Shown here: piece after piece, positions 9,947 to 19,894 of the stretch
Layout: each line of letters opens with the position of its first letter
How positions within the stretch are numbered: the first letter of the stretch is position 1
Origin: Myxococcota bacterium
GTDB taxonomy: Bacteria > Myxococcota_A > UBA9160 > UBA6930
Direction of reading: 5' to 3'
Length of the DNA: 64,000 nucleotides
NCBI GenBank assembly: GCA_965223415.1
Contig: OZ245002.1
Span: 1,312,001-1,376,000, forward strand
Program-made: the position numbers and the translations under genes
The notes under the pieces: generated by a model
Told to the model about the DNA's origin: nothing
What the model saw: the letters and a program-made list of their open reading frames with translations, nothing else
The model's database searches: none

Positions 9947-10654
9947 ATGGCCGACGCCCCCACCCTCTACACCGCGCGAGCCTGCAACTTCTGCCACCGC
10001 AGCCGGATCGCCTTCGCCGCCAAGGGTGTCGAGCCGGAGCTCGTCGAGATCGATCTCGTGAAGCGCCCCTCCTGGTTCCGCGACAAGGCCTCGGGCGGCA
10101 GCGTGCCGCTGCTCGAGTGCAAGGACGGCGCCTTCCACGGCTCGGCCATCATCAACGAGTACGTCGAGGAGCGCTGGCCCGAGCCGACGCTGCTGCCGGG
10201 CTCGCCGGCGGAGCGCGCCGAGGCGCGCATGTGGATCCACTGGTGGAACCGCGCGCCGACGCCCCGCTACGAAGAGCTGCTGATGAACGTGCGGCCGAAG
10301 CGGGAAGACGAGCTGCGCGAGCGGCTGCTCTCGGCTCTCGTGGAGTGCGAGGAACGGCTGGTGGCGCGGGGCTACGGCGGCGGCTACTGGCATGGTGCGT
10401 CGCTGGGCCTGGTCGACGCCAGCGCCGCGCCGGTCTTCGATCGCTTCGTCGGGCTGCGGCACTTCCACGACGTTGACGTTCCGGAGGAGCTGGGCCGCGT
10501 GCGCGCCTGGCGGGACCACCTGCTCGCGGACGAAGTCGTGCAGCGGTGCTCGCCGGGAGAGGACGCACTGCTCGAGGTCTTCTCGGGCTACCGGGACGTC
10601 CTGGCCAAGGCGGCGGAGGCGGGCATCGAGGTCCCGGTGTCGGGCGGTGACTGA
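9947..10654 (+). CDS. Glutathione S-transferase family protein with N-terminal CxxC
   Basis: CNFCHRSR, SVPLL, SAIINEYVEERWP. Confidence 0.88.
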   Translation: MADAPTLYTARACNFCHRSRIAFAAKGVEPELVEIDLVKRPSWFRDKASGGSVPLLECKDGAFHGSAIINEYVEERWPEPTLLPGSPAERAEARMWIHWWNRAPTPRYEELLMNVRPKREDELRERLLSALVECEERLVARGYGGGYWHGASLGLVDASAAPVFDRFVGLRHFHDVDVPEELGRVRAWRDHLLADEVVQRCSPGEDALLEVFSGYRDVLAKAAEAGIEVPVSGGD

Positions 10655-11468
10655 TCTCCAGGGCCGCGTCGCGGTCGTCACGGGAGGGGCGCGGGGCATC
10701 GGCCGCGGCATCGCCGGCGAGCTTGCGCGAGCGGGCGCCGACGTGGCGATCGGCGATCTGCTCGGCGATCCGGCCGTCGCCGCCGACGCCGAGGAGACCC
10801 TCGCGGCGGTCCGCGCCGCGGGCCGCCGGGCCCTCGCCGTCGCCTGCGACGTGACCGATCCGGGTGGGCCCGAGCGCCTGATGAAGGAGGCGCTCGCGGA
10901 GCTGGGCGGCCTCGACATCGTCGTGTGCAACGCCGGCGTCCTCGGCGAGGGTGCGGTCCTCGACATGGAGCCGGAGGAGTGGCGCCGCGTCCTCGAGGTG
11001 AACGCCACCGGCACCTTCCTCACCTGCCGGGCGGCCCTGCCCCACCTGATAGAGCGGGGCGGCGGCGCGATCGTCAACATCGCATCGATCGTCGGCCTGC
11101 GGGGAGTCGCCAACCGCGCCCACTACAGCGCCAGCAAGTTCGCCGTGGTCGGCCTCACCCAGGCGCTCGCCGCCGAGGTGGCGGACGCGGGCGTGCGCGT
11201 GAACGCGGTCTGCCCCGCCGGCGTACGCAGCCACATGACCCTCTCCGAGGTGGGCCGCGCCACCGGCATCGACGATCCAGCGCAGCTCGACGCGATCTGG
11301 ACGAACGTCGCTGCCCAGCGCCTGCCCTTCGGCCGCTCCGTCGAGCCCGAGGACATCGGCCGCGCCGTCGCCTACCTGGCGGGCGCCGAGATGGTCTCCG
11401 GCGCCATCCTCCCCGTCGCGGGCGGCGAGGACCTGCGACGGCCGAGCGAGGCCTCCCAGAAGGGCTAG
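10647..11468 (+). CDS. SDR family oxidoreductase
   Basis: VTGGARGIG, NAG, YSASK. GTG start overlaps the GST stop. Confidence 0.9.
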   Translation: MTDLQGRVAVVTGGARGIGRGIAGELARAGADVAIGDLLGDPAVAADAEETLAAVRAAGRRALAVACDVTDPGGPERLMKEALAELGGLDIVVCNAGVLGEGAVLDMEPEEWRRVLEVNATGTFLTCRAALPHLIERGGGAIVNIASIVGLRGVANRAHYSASKFAVVGLTQALAAEVADAGVRVNAVCPAGVRSHMTLSEVGRATGIDDPAQLDAIWTNVAAQRLPFGRSVEPEDIGRAVAYLAGAEMVSGAILPVAGGEDLRRPSEASQKG

Positions 11469-12379
11469 TCGAGCCCGCCGTCGAAGTCCTTGCCATTCAT
11501 GCCGGCGTTCTTGCGCGCCTGCTTGACCATGTCGCGGACGACCGGGCCCAGGGTCGTGGGATCCTCGATGGGCGCCACGGTAGGGCCGCGGTGCCAGCCC
11601 TCGGCGATGGCGAGCACGCTGCCGGACGCCTCGAAGACACGACCGGTGACGTCGCGGGATTCCGCGCTGGCCAGCCAGGTGACGATCGGAGCGATCCAGC
11701 GCGGGCTCTGGGCCTCGCGCATCTCGTCGGTGATCTCGCCGGGCTGGAGATCCTCGGTTAGGCGAGTTAGCGCTCCGGGCGCGATGCAGTTCACGGTGAT
11801 GCCGTACCGCTGGAGCTCCCGCGCGGCGATGATCGTGAAGGCCGCGATGCCCGCCTTGGCGGCGCCGTAGTTCGTCTGCCCCGGATTGCCGTAGATGCCG
11901 GACACGGAGCTCGTGTTGATCAGGCGGGCGTCGACGGGCTGGCCGGCCTTGCTCTGCTCGCGCCAGTAGGCGGCGGCGTGGTGGGCCGGCGCGAAGGTGC
12001 CCTTCAGGTGCACCTGGATCACCGCGTCCCACTCGCTCTCCTGCATGTTCACGAGCATGCGATCCCGCAGGATGCCGGCGTTGTTGATCAGCGCGTCGAG
12101 ACGGCCGAAGGCATCGACGGCCTGTTGGATCATCTCCTTGGCCTGCCCGAAGTCGCTGACGTCCGAGCCGTTGGCCACGGCCTCGCCGCCCTTCGCCTTG
12201 ATCTCCTGCACCACCTCCTCGGCGGGGCCGAGATTCGAGCCGGTTCCGTCGCGGGAGCCGCCGAGATCGTTCACCACCACCTTGGCCCCGTGCTCCGCCA
12301 GCATCAGGGCGTACTCGCGGCCGATGCCGCGACCGGCGCCGGTCACGATGGCGACGCGGTCTTCGCAGAACGAGCTCAT
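11465..12379 (-). CDS. SDR family oxidoreductase (hydroxyacyl-CoA dehydrogenase-like)
   Basis: VTGAGRGIG, VVVNDLG, NNAGILRD, YGAAK. Confidence 0.92.
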   Translation of the reverse strand: MSSFCEDRVAIVTGAGRGIGREYALMLAEHGAKVVVNDLGGSRDGTGSNLGPAEEVVQEIKAKGGEAVANGSDVSDFGQAKEMIQQAVDAFGRLDALINNAGILRDRMLVNMQESEWDAVIQVHLKGTFAPAHHAAAYWREQSKAGQPVDARLINTSSVSGIYGNPGQTNYGAAKAGIAAFTIIAARELQRYGITVNCIAPGALTRLTEDLQPGEITDEMREAQSPRWIAPIVTWLASAESRDVTGRVFEASGSVLAIAEGWHRGPTVAPIEDPTTLGPVVRDMVKQARKNAGMNGKDFDGGLD

Positions 12380-13032
12380 GATCCTACCTCCATTCGAGGG
12401 CGCCACGTTAGCGCGCCTCGCCACACCAGGCCGTGGGACACGACCGCCAGCGCCGCACCGGGCACCAGATCCCACGCCCAGTGCTGCTTGGTCGCCAGGG
12501 TCGCGTAGAGAATCGCCGCACCCCACGCGAGGAGAACGCTTGCGAGGAGCGAGCGGCGCCCCGCCGGGAGACCGTCGCCGAGCACCCGCCAGCCGAACAG
12601 CAGACCGTAGACCGCCAGTGCGGCGTGGAGGGACGGAAAGGCGTTGGTCGAGCCGTCGATGCCGACGAGCCACGCGTAGGTGGCGTCTGCCGCCGGGGCG
12701 ACGGGCCTCGGCCCCGCGACGGGCAGCGCGGCGAAGGTGAGAAAGCTGGGCACACAGACCAGCACCAGCCCGCGCGCGAAGCCGAGCAGCTCCTCCCGGC
12801 GCGTGGCCAGCAGCGGGAACAGGGGGACGAGCAGGCAGACCGAGAGGTAGGGGTAGACCCAGCCGGACTGGAACTCGATCGCCCGGTCGAGCGCCGTCAC
12901 CGGGGGCGCCCAGAGCGGGGTGGGCTCGAGGGCGTGCAGCCCGAAGTACGGAATGCAAATACCGACGGCGAGCCCCAGGAGGACGGCGATCTTCAGACGC
13001 AGCTCGGCTTGCAGTCGGTGGGCCAGGGACAC
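12376..13032 (-). CDS. PAP2 family membrane phosphatase/phosphoesterase
   Basis: NAFPSLHAA and TLATKQHWAWD motifs, several TM segments. Confidence 0.82.
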   Translation of the reverse strand: MSLAHRLQAELRLKIAVLLGLAVGICIPYFGLHALEPTPLWAPPVTALDRAIEFQSGWVYPYLSVCLLVPLFPLLATRREELLGFARGLVLVCVPSFLTFAALPVAGPRPVAPAADATYAWLVGIDGSTNAFPSLHAALAVYGLLFGWRVLGDGLPAGRRSLLASVLLAWGAAILYATLATKQHWAWDLVPGAALAVVSHGLVWRGALTWRPRMEVGS

Positions 13033-13078
13033 GGCAGCAGTCTATCGCGACCCCCGCGCCGGGTCGGGCAGGTACCCA

Positions 13079-13293
13079 ATGGGCGACCTCCACGCCCGCT
13101 CCGGATCGTCCTGGGAACGGAGGCGTCCTCGCAGCTGCGCGCCGAATGCAACGACAACGGCTCCGGCTGCGAGGCTCTCGCGATCCCCCACAACTCCAAC
13201 GACTCGAGCGGCATGGCGTTCTCGGTGGCCGCGGCGGGCGGCGACGTGGCCGAGGCGGTGCGGCTCCGGGCCGCGCTCGAGCTCCTGGTCGAC
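13079..13293 (+). pseudogene. Remnant of a DUF3604-family gene
   Basis: GDLHARSGSSWE, then in another frame QLRAECNDNGSGCEALAIPHNSNDSSG...LRAALELLV. Both segments align with the intact paralog at 48338. Confidence 0.7.
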
Positions 13294-13358
13294 TGGCTGA
13301 GCAGGGCCGCCATCAGGACGACGAGGAGCCCGAGGATCCACCCCGCCCGGCGCATCCC

Positions 13359-14984
13359 CTAGGCGAGCGCCTCCTCGACGGCTTTCGCCGCCCACTTGTA
13401 GTCGGCCTTGCCGTTCGGCGCCCGGCGCACCTGGTCCACCACGAAGAGCTGCTTCGGCACCTTGTAGGCGGCGAGCTTGGTGCGGGTGAACTCGCGGAGG
13501 GCCTCGCCGTCGGCATCGGCCCCGGGGCGAAGCGAGGCCACACCCGTGACACGCTGCCCGAACTTCTCGTCCGAGACCCCGACGACCAGGCAGTCCAGGA
13601 CGTCCGGATGCTGCTTCACCGCCTCCTCCACCTCCTCCGGGTAGACCTTCTCGCCGGCGGTGTTGATGCAGTTCGAGCCGCGGCCCAGCAGCGTGAGCGT
13701 GCCGTCGGCCTCCACGGTCGCCCAGTCGCCGGGGAAGGAGTAGCGCACGCCTTCGAGAGTCCGGAAGGTGGCGCGGCTCTTGGCCTCGTCCTTGTAGTAG
13801 CCGATCGGCACGTTGCCGCCGGCCGCCACCATGCCCGCCTCGCCGGAGCCGGGCTTCACCTCGCGGCCGTCCTCGGTGAAGACCTTGGTGGTCGGGTTCA
13901 TCGCGAACTTCGCCGTCTGCCCCACGTTGCCGCGGGTGGTGATCTGGGTGCCCATGCTGCCCTCGGTGGAGCCCATGGCGTCGACCAGCACGAACTCGTG
14001 GTGATCCAGGAGCTGCTGCTTCACCTCGGCGGTCCACATCACGCCGGAGGAGATCATGAACTTCACGCTGGTCGGGTCATAGGGCTCGCCCTTCGCGTGG
14101 GCTTCGTCCAGGGCGCGGAGCATCGGCTTGGCGAACGCGTCGCCGACGATCACGAGCTGGCTCGCCTTCTCGCGCTGGGCGGTCGCCCACAGCTCGTGGG
14201 CGTCGAAAGAGCGCTCTGTGAGGGTGACGACCTGGGCGCCGGCGCACTGGGGGATCAGCGCGCCGAGCCACATGCCGGTGCCGTGCATCAGGGGACACGC
14301 GGGGACGGAGACGACGCCGTGGCCCTCCTCCCACATCTTCGCGGTGACCTCGGGGATCTCGGCCGGCTCGGGCGTCCCCAGACCGAGCAGCGGGAAGCCC
14401 AGGCCGATGAAGCCCTGGACCATGCCACCGATGTCGTACATCACGCCCTTGGGCATGCCCGTCGTGCCGCCGGTGTAGAGCATGTAGACGTCGTCGGGGG
14501 AGCGGTCGATACGCGGCGCCGGATCGTGGGCTGCTACGAGCTGCTCGAAGGGCACCGCTCCTTCGACCGATTCGCCTCCGTCGTCCACCTCCACCCAGAG
14601 CTTCACCTTCGGAACGCGGTCCTTCACCCGCGCCACCCGATCGCCCAGGCTGGTGTGGAAGACGAGTACCTCGGCGTCCGAGTTGTCGAGCAGGTAGAGG
14701 AGCTCGTCGTCGAGATAGCGGTAGTTGATGTTGATGGGAACGTGGCGGCCCTTGAAGGCGCCGAATTGGGCCTCCAGGTACTCGTTGCCGTTGTAGAGAT
14801 AGAGACCGACCTTCGAGTCCGGGCCGAGGCCGGCCCCGGCGTAGGCCGCGGCGAGCCGCGCCGCCCGCTGCTCGTACTCGGCCCAGGTCCTGCGCTGCGC
14901 GCCGGAGACGAGGGCGTCGCGATCGCCGATCCGGTCGGCGATCCCCTCCCACAGCGTTGCGTAGTGCATCTCCATCTCGCTCAC
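13359..14984 (-). CDS. Acyl-CoA synthetase (FadD19-like)
   Basis: YTGGTTGMPKG, MGSTEG, PGDWA, RAPNGKADY. Confidence 0.92.
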   Translation of the reverse strand: MSEMEMHYATLWEGIADRIGDRDALVSGAQRRTWAEYEQRAARLAAAYAGAGLGPDSKVGLYLYNGNEYLEAQFGAFKGRHVPININYRYLDDELLYLLDNSDAEVLVFHTSLGDRVARVKDRVPKVKLWVEVDDGGESVEGAVPFEQLVAAHDPAPRIDRSPDDVYMLYTGGTTGMPKGVMYDIGGMVQGFIGLGFPLLGLGTPEPAEIPEVTAKMWEEGHGVVSVPACPLMHGTGMWLGALIPQCAGAQVVTLTERSFDAHELWATAQREKASQLVIVGDAFAKPMLRALDEAHAKGEPYDPTSVKFMISSGVMWTAEVKQQLLDHHEFVLVDAMGSTEGSMGTQITTRGNVGQTAKFAMNPTTKVFTEDGREVKPGSGEAGMVAAGGNVPIGYYKDEAKSRATFRTLEGVRYSFPGDWATVEADGTLTLLGRGSNCINTAGEKVYPEEVEEAVKQHPDVLDCLVVGVSDEKFGQRVTGVASLRPGADADGEALREFTRTKLAAYKVPKQLFVVDQVRRAPNGKADYKWAAKAVEEALA

Positions 14985-15892
14985 GCCTCCTTCTTCTGCG
15001 TGCGGTAGTCGCCGAACTTCTCGTCCCGCTCCTGCAGGGCGCCGGTCAGCTTCCCCTTGCCCGGCCCGATCTTGGCGATGAACTCGTGGAAGCTCGGCTG
15101 GTGCGTGGCGAGCGTGCAGAGCTCGGTGCCCTGGCGGATGCCAGCGCGGAAGCCCATCGCGTCCATCTGCCGGTGCACGGCGCGCTTGTTCAGCTGCACG
15201 ATGTCCGGCGGGAGGGCTGCGATGCGCTCCGCCATCTCCAGGGCCTTCGCCTCGAGTTGGTCGGCGGGATACGCCCGGGTGGCCCAGCCGCGCTTCTCCG
15301 CCTCGACGCCGGAGATCGAGTCGCCGGTGAGCATCATCTCCATCCCGCGGCGCATGCCCACGAGCCAGGCGTGGAACTGCATGTCCGGCACGCCGAAGCG
15401 CACCGCCGGGTAGCCCATCTGCGCGTCCTCGGCCATGTAGACCAGGTCGCAGCCGGTGGCGAGCTCGCTTCCACCGGCGAGGCAGAAGCCGTGCACCTGG
15501 GCGATCACCGGCTTCGAGAGGTCCCAGATCGACATCCAGCCCTCGGTCACGTGCCGCGGCCACTGGCCTTCGCCACCGGCGGTGAAGAACGGATACTCCA
15601 TGCCTTCGTTGCCGCCCCCCAGGTCGTAGCCGGCGGAGAAGCTCGGCCCGGCCCCGCGGACGATCATCACGTGGACCTCCGGATCGACGTCGCCCTGCTG
15701 GAGGGCGTGGAGCAGCTGGCCGCGGAGGGCGTGGTTCAGCGCGTTGCGCTTCTCCGGCCGATTCAGGGTGATGCGCCGGACGTGGGGCGCCGGATCGTCG
15801 ACCAGGACCACCGTGTAGTCGGCTGCCGAGCTCGGCTGGCTCACGCTGGCGGCGCGGTCGGCGTAGGGATTGGCGTGGCTCTCGCTGCTCAT
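14981..15892 (-). CDS. Enoyl-CoA hydratase/isomerase family protein
   Basis: LNRPEKRNAL, FSAGYDL, AQVHGFCLAGG. Confidence 0.92.
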   Translation of the reverse strand: MSSESHANPYADRAASVSQPSSAADYTVVLVDDPAPHVRRITLNRPEKRNALNHALRGQLLHALQQGDVDPEVHVMIVRGAGPSFSAGYDLGGGNEGMEYPFFTAGGEGQWPRHVTEGWMSIWDLSKPVIAQVHGFCLAGGSELATGCDLVYMAEDAQMGYPAVRFGVPDMQFHAWLVGMRRGMEMMLTGDSISGVEAEKRGWATRAYPADQLEAKALEMAERIAALPPDIVQLNKRAVHRQMDAMGFRAGIRQGTELCTLATHQPSFHEFIAKIGPGKGKLTGALQERDEKFGDYRTQKKEA

Positions 15893-15931
15893 GGGGCGCC
15901 TCCAATGGGCCTTTCGGCCCGGGAGCGCTCG

Positions 15932-15960
15932 ATTGGACTGGACCCCTCCCGCCCTGTCAA
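15932..15960 (-). promoter_or_regulatory. Sigma70-type promoter for the hydratase/synthetase operon
   Basis: TTGACA-N17-TCCAAT on the minus strand upstream of ATG 15892. Confidence 0.55.
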
Positions 15961-15990
15961 GGAGCGCTCGCCGGGCGTACCCTGGGGTGG

Positions 15991-16611
15991 ATGCGCTCGG
16001 ATGCCGTCGACCAGCTGCTGAGCGGCTACCTCAAGCAGCCCGTCCGGCTGAGCTGGCGCGGCGCCGCCTCCGACGCCGTGCGGGGATCCTTCGAGCGCCC
16101 GCGCGTCGAGCTCGCGGGCCTGGCGACCGCCTGGGTGCCGCTGGAAGAGGTGGCACTCGAGGCGGACCACGTGGCATTGCACCCGGGCGTGCCCGCGCGG
16201 CTCGCGGTGCAGGGCCCCCGCGTCGAGGTGGCGGTCGGCCAGTCCGATCTCGATCGCTGGCTCAAGCGCTTCCAGCTCCCCTTCCGCCTCGAGCTCGAGG
16301 ACACCTCGCTCACGGTCCACACCGAGATCGCCGGCTTCCCCGTCGCGCGGCTCGACGCCCGCCTCGACGTGGTCCGCGGCTGGTTCGTCCTGAAGCCGAG
16401 GAGCGCCTCCCTGCTCGGCGTCCCCAACTACGTGGCGTCGCTCTTCCGGACCTACCTGCCCATCCCTCCGCTGCCCGAAGACGCGCGCGTGGTCGCCATC
16501 GACCACGAGCCGGAGATGCTGCGTCTCACCTTCGAAGCGGACGACTTCGAGGAGCGGGTCACTCCCGGCCTGGTCGATCGTCTGCGCCGACGGGTGCTGC
16601 CGATCGGCTAG
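15991..16611 (+). CDS. Hypothetical protein (possibly LmeA/DUF2993-like lipid-binding)
   Basis: 206-aa ORF with native codon bias and beta-rich pattern. Family call is weak. Confidence 0.6.
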   Translation: MRSDAVDQLLSGYLKQPVRLSWRGAASDAVRGSFERPRVELAGLATAWVPLEEVALEADHVALHPGVPARLAVQGPRVEVAVGQSDLDRWLKRFQLPFRLELEDTSLTVHTEIAGFPVARLDARLDVVRGWFVLKPRSASLLGVPNYVASLFRTYLPIPPLPEDARVVAIDHEPEMLRLTFEADDFEERVTPGLVDRLRRRVLPIG

Positions 16612-16735
16612 GAGCTGTGCGGGCGGGTCGCACACCTGGACCGATTCCGCCGGGCCTGGAGCGGCCGGACCGCCGCATCGCCTCAAGCCGGGCCCGAGGC
16701 CCTTCGATAGGGCCGGATGGGGATTCTGGCGGGCC

Positions 16736-17569
16736 ATGGCAGGGATGAGCGTTCGGGTCGCAGCAACGGGCGTGCTCCTGGTGGGCGCGGGCGCCCTCGT
16801 GGCGTTCACCGGCGTGAGCGCGGGATTTCTCGTGCTCGGCGCCCTCCCCCTCCTCCTGCTGCCCGCCGACGTGTCGAGGCTGCCGTGGATCCTGCTCTGG
16901 TGCCTGCTGGGCGGCATGCTGGGCTTCCTGGTCGCAGAGCGGATCCCCGGCAACACCGGCCTGCTCGTGGCGGTGGCCTGCTTCACGGCCGTCGGCATCG
17001 TCCACGGAGAGCTCCTCCGGCGTCGCGAGGCGCAGCGCCGGAAAGCCGCGGCAGAGCTCTACGAGCTCGCGACCCACGACGGCCTCACCGGCGCGCTCAA
17101 CCGCACCTGCTTCGAGGAGCTCGCCCGCCAGGAGACCCGACGCGCCGCCCGCTACGGCAACCCGCTCTCCCTCGCGATCATCGACCTGGACGACCTGAAG
17201 ACGATCAACGACCATGCGGGACACCGCGCCGGGGACGACGCCCTCCGCAAGCTCGGCGGCCTGCTCCGGGAGTCGGTGCGCGATTGCGACAGCGTCGGCC
17301 GGCTGGGCGGCGACGAGTTCGCCCTGCTCATGCCGGAGACCGGCCTGCTCGCCGCCGCCATCGCCTGCGAGCGTCTGCGCCTGGCCGTAGAGGGCCTTCC
17401 CGGGAACGGGGGTGCCGCGATCACGGCCAGCGTCGGGATCGCGGAGTGCGAGGGAGAAGCGTCCCGCTACGAGACGCTCTACGAGACGGCGGACCGCTGC
17501 CTCTACACGGCGAAGCGCGGCGGCCGCAACCGGGTCTCGACCCGGCCGGACCCGCCCGCCTCCGCCTGA
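16736..17569 (+). CDS. Membrane-anchored diguanylate cyclase
   Basis: N-terminal TM helices, DGLTGALNR, RDCD I-site (RxxD), GGDEF. Confidence 0.93.
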   Translation: MAGMSVRVAATGVLLVGAGALVAFTGVSAGFLVLGALPLLLLPADVSRLPWILLWCLLGGMLGFLVAERIPGNTGLLVAVACFTAVGIVHGELLRRREAQRRKAAAELYELATHDGLTGALNRTCFEELARQETRRAARYGNPLSLAIIDLDDLKTINDHAGHRAGDDALRKLGGLLRESVRDCDSVGRLGGDEFALLMPETGLLAAAIACERLRLAVEGLPGNGGAAITASVGIAECEGEASRYETLYETADRCLYTAKRGGRNRVSTRPDPPASA

Positions 17570-17620
17570 TCGATCGTCGCGGGGCTCGGAGCGGCAGGGG
17601 GCTGGGCTAGCCTCTGCGCC

Positions 17621-18451
17621 ATGTACGAAGAGATCCTGTACGACGTCGAAGAGCCGGTCGCGACCATCCGTTTCCACCGGCCGGACCGCCTCAACGCCTT
17701 CACCAATCGCATGGGCGACGAGCTGAAGCACGCCATCGCCGAGGCCGAGGCCGACGAGCGGGTGGTGGGCATCGTGCTCACCGGTTCCGGCCGCGGCTTC
17801 TGCTCCGGGGCCGACCTGAAGGGCCTGCAGGGCATCGGTGCCGGCGAGGAGGGCGCGATGGGGGGCGGCGCCGAGGGCCTCGACGCCCAGCCCGGCGATC
17901 CGGCGATGAAGGGATTCCACGGGCCCTACGCCTACATGATGGCGGTGCGCAAGCCGATCATCGCCGCCATCAACGGCCCGGCCGCCGGCCTGGGCTTCGC
18001 GATCCCGCTCTTCGCCGACATGCGCTTCGCCAGCGACCGCGCCGTGTTCACCACCGCCTTCTCGCGGCGCGGACTGATCGCCGAGTGGGGAATCGGCTGG
18101 ACCCTGCCACGCCTGGTCGGCCCGGCCCATGCCCTCGACCTCTTGCTCTCCGCCCGCAAGATCGATGCGACCGAGGCGTGTCGCATCGGTCTCGTGAACC
18201 GCACGCTGCCCCACGACGAGCTCCTCCCCTTCGTGACGAGCTACGTTCGCGACCTGGCGGAGAACGTGTCACCCACTTCGATGGCGGTGATGAAGCGTCA
18301 GGTGTGGCAGCGCCTGGAAGCCGAGCTCGATCCCTCCCTGCGCGAATCGATCGAGCTCATGGCCGAGAGCTTCGACCGACCCGACTTCAAGGAAGGGGTG
18401 CAGTCCTTCCTCGAGAGGCGTCCGCCGCGCTTCCCGCGCGTGAAGACCTGA
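17621..18451 (+). CDS. Enoyl-CoA hydratase/isomerase family protein
   Basis: RPDRLNAF, FCSGADL, AINGPAAGLG. Confidence 0.92.
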   Translation: MYEEILYDVEEPVATIRFHRPDRLNAFTNRMGDELKHAIAEAEADERVVGIVLTGSGRGFCSGADLKGLQGIGAGEEGAMGGGAEGLDAQPGDPAMKGFHGPYAYMMAVRKPIIAAINGPAAGLGFAIPLFADMRFASDRAVFTTAFSRRGLIAEWGIGWTLPRLVGPAHALDLLLSARKIDATEACRIGLVNRTLPHDELLPFVTSYVRDLAENVSPTSMAVMKRQVWQRLEAELDPSLRESIELMAESFDRPDFKEGVQSFLERRPPRFPRVKT

Positions 18452-18457
18452 GGGGGC

Positions 18458-19051
18458 TCAGGCGAGCAGCCGCCGGAGGGCCCCCTCGACCACTGCCGCC
18501 GCGCGGCTTCGGCTGAGGCGCTGCTCGGAGCGCAGCCGATCCCAGGCCTCGAAGGAGGTCGCCAGCTCGGCGGCGTCGAGGCGCTCGGGCTCTCCATCCT
18601 CCAGCTCCGGGAGCCAGCGAAGCAGATCCGCCCGCAACGTCCGGACGTCGGTCGAGTGGACGGACTGCAGGTAGTCGGAACGCCAGCGGTGCAGGGCTGC
18701 GGAGCGCTTGTAGGGCGTCGAACGCTCGAAGAGGTCGGCCCGACGCGCGGTGAGGGCGGAGATGCGTGCGGCGACGCTTCCGCTCGGCTGCCCTTCGGTC
18801 ACGAGCGGGCTGAGCTCTGCGACCAGGCGATCGTTCATCTCGGCGTAGAGCGTCTCCATGTCCGAGAAGTGGCGGAAGACGGTGCGGATGCCGACGCCGG
18901 CCCGCTCGGCCACCTGCTGGGCCGTCGGCCGCAGGCTGCCCTCGCCGATCAGCTCCATGAGCGCCTGCACGATGGCCTCGCGGCTGCGCTCGGAGCGGCG
19001 GGCGCGGCCGTCGGATCGGGCCTCCGGGGAGAGTGAGCTGGGTCGCGGCAT
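18458..19051 (-). CDS. TetR/AcrR family regulator
   Basis: HTH PTAQQVAERAGVGIRTVFRHF. Confidence 0.9.
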   Translation of the reverse strand: MPRPSSLSPEARSDGRARRSERSREAIVQALMELIGEGSLRPTAQQVAERAGVGIRTVFRHFSDMETLYAEMNDRLVAELSPLVTEGQPSGSVAARISALTARRADLFERSTPYKRSAALHRWRSDYLQSVHSTDVRTLRADLLRWLPELEDGEPERLDAAELATSFEAWDRLRSEQRLSRSRAAAVVEGALRRLLA

Positions 19052-19062
19052 GGGGAAAATGA

Positions 19063-19079
19063 TGGCAGAAACCATGCCA
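19063..19079. promoter_or_regulatory. Palindrome TGGCA-N7-TGCCA, candidate TetR auto-operator (also fits sigma54 GG-N10-GC spacing)
   Basis: Lies 12-28 bp upstream of the tetR ATG in an AT-richer gap. Confidence 0.4.
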
Positions 19080-19083
19080 AAAC

Positions 19084-19767
19084 TCACCCTAGGGAGCCGA
19101 GGAAGGCGTAGCCCTCCGCCAGGGCGGCGCGGGCGCCCTCCTCCACGACGTCGCCATGGGCCACGATCACCCGCTCGAAGGGCCAGGCGAAGATGCGTTC
19201 CAGGGATCCGCGGAAGGCGTCGCGATCGCGGATCGAGAGGCGCTCGAGCAGCGTCGGCGAGAGGACACCCTTCACCCCGGCCAGACGGAGCGAGAGGCGC
19301 GCCCAGCCGGAGAAGCGCGGCGAGAGGTTGAGGGCCAGATCGGTGGCGACGAGGGTGGCGCTCTCGGCGTGGAAGAACACGACCTCGTTGCCGAGCGGGA
19401 AGCCCCGCAGCGCCACCTGCGCGAGGCAGCCGGCCCAGGCCTCCGGCGCCTCGTCGCCCAGGACCTCCGCGGGAAGCAGCTCGGGCCGCTTCTCCTCGAG
19501 ACCCGGCGCCAGGTGGAGGGAGGCACCGGGAAAGGCGTCTCGCCAGTCCCCGGCGTACAGGTGGTGGAAGCGGTTCGGAGCCACCAGCGCCGCGGGCTCG
19601 CCCAGCCTGCGCAGCGCGTCGACCCGCCCGGGCGTGGGCTCGATCGGCGAGTGGATCCACAGGCCGCCGCCGGGCAGCCGGACGACGGTCATACGAGTGC
19701 CGATCTCCAGCCCGAAGAAGCGGAGCGGCTGCTCGTCGACCCACAAGTTCGCGTCGAGCTGACGCAT
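19084..19767 (-). CDS. DUF4336 family protein (MBL-like)
   Basis: TRMTVVRL, LWIHSP, VAPNRFHHLY, AWPFERVIVAHG. Confidence 0.85.
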   Translation of the reverse strand: MRQLDANLWVDEQPLRFFGLEIGTRMTVVRLPGGGLWIHSPIEPTPGRVDALRRLGEPAALVAPNRFHHLYAGDWRDAFPGASLHLAPGLEEKRPELLPAEVLGDEAPEAWAGCLAQVALRGFPLGNEVVFFHAESATLVATDLALNLSPRFSGWARLSLRLAGVKGVLSPTLLERLSIRDRDAFRGSLERIFAWPFERVIVAHGDVVEEGARAALAEGYAFLGSLG

Positions 19768-19894
19768 GCACGAGAGCTTCGGCAACCGGCAAGGGCGCCG
19801 TCAACCCGGCCCCGCGGCGGCGTGCCTGGCGCTGTGACGCCCGTCATGCGTAACACCCCGGGGCGGGCCGTTGGAGAAAGGGAGGAGGGACCCC

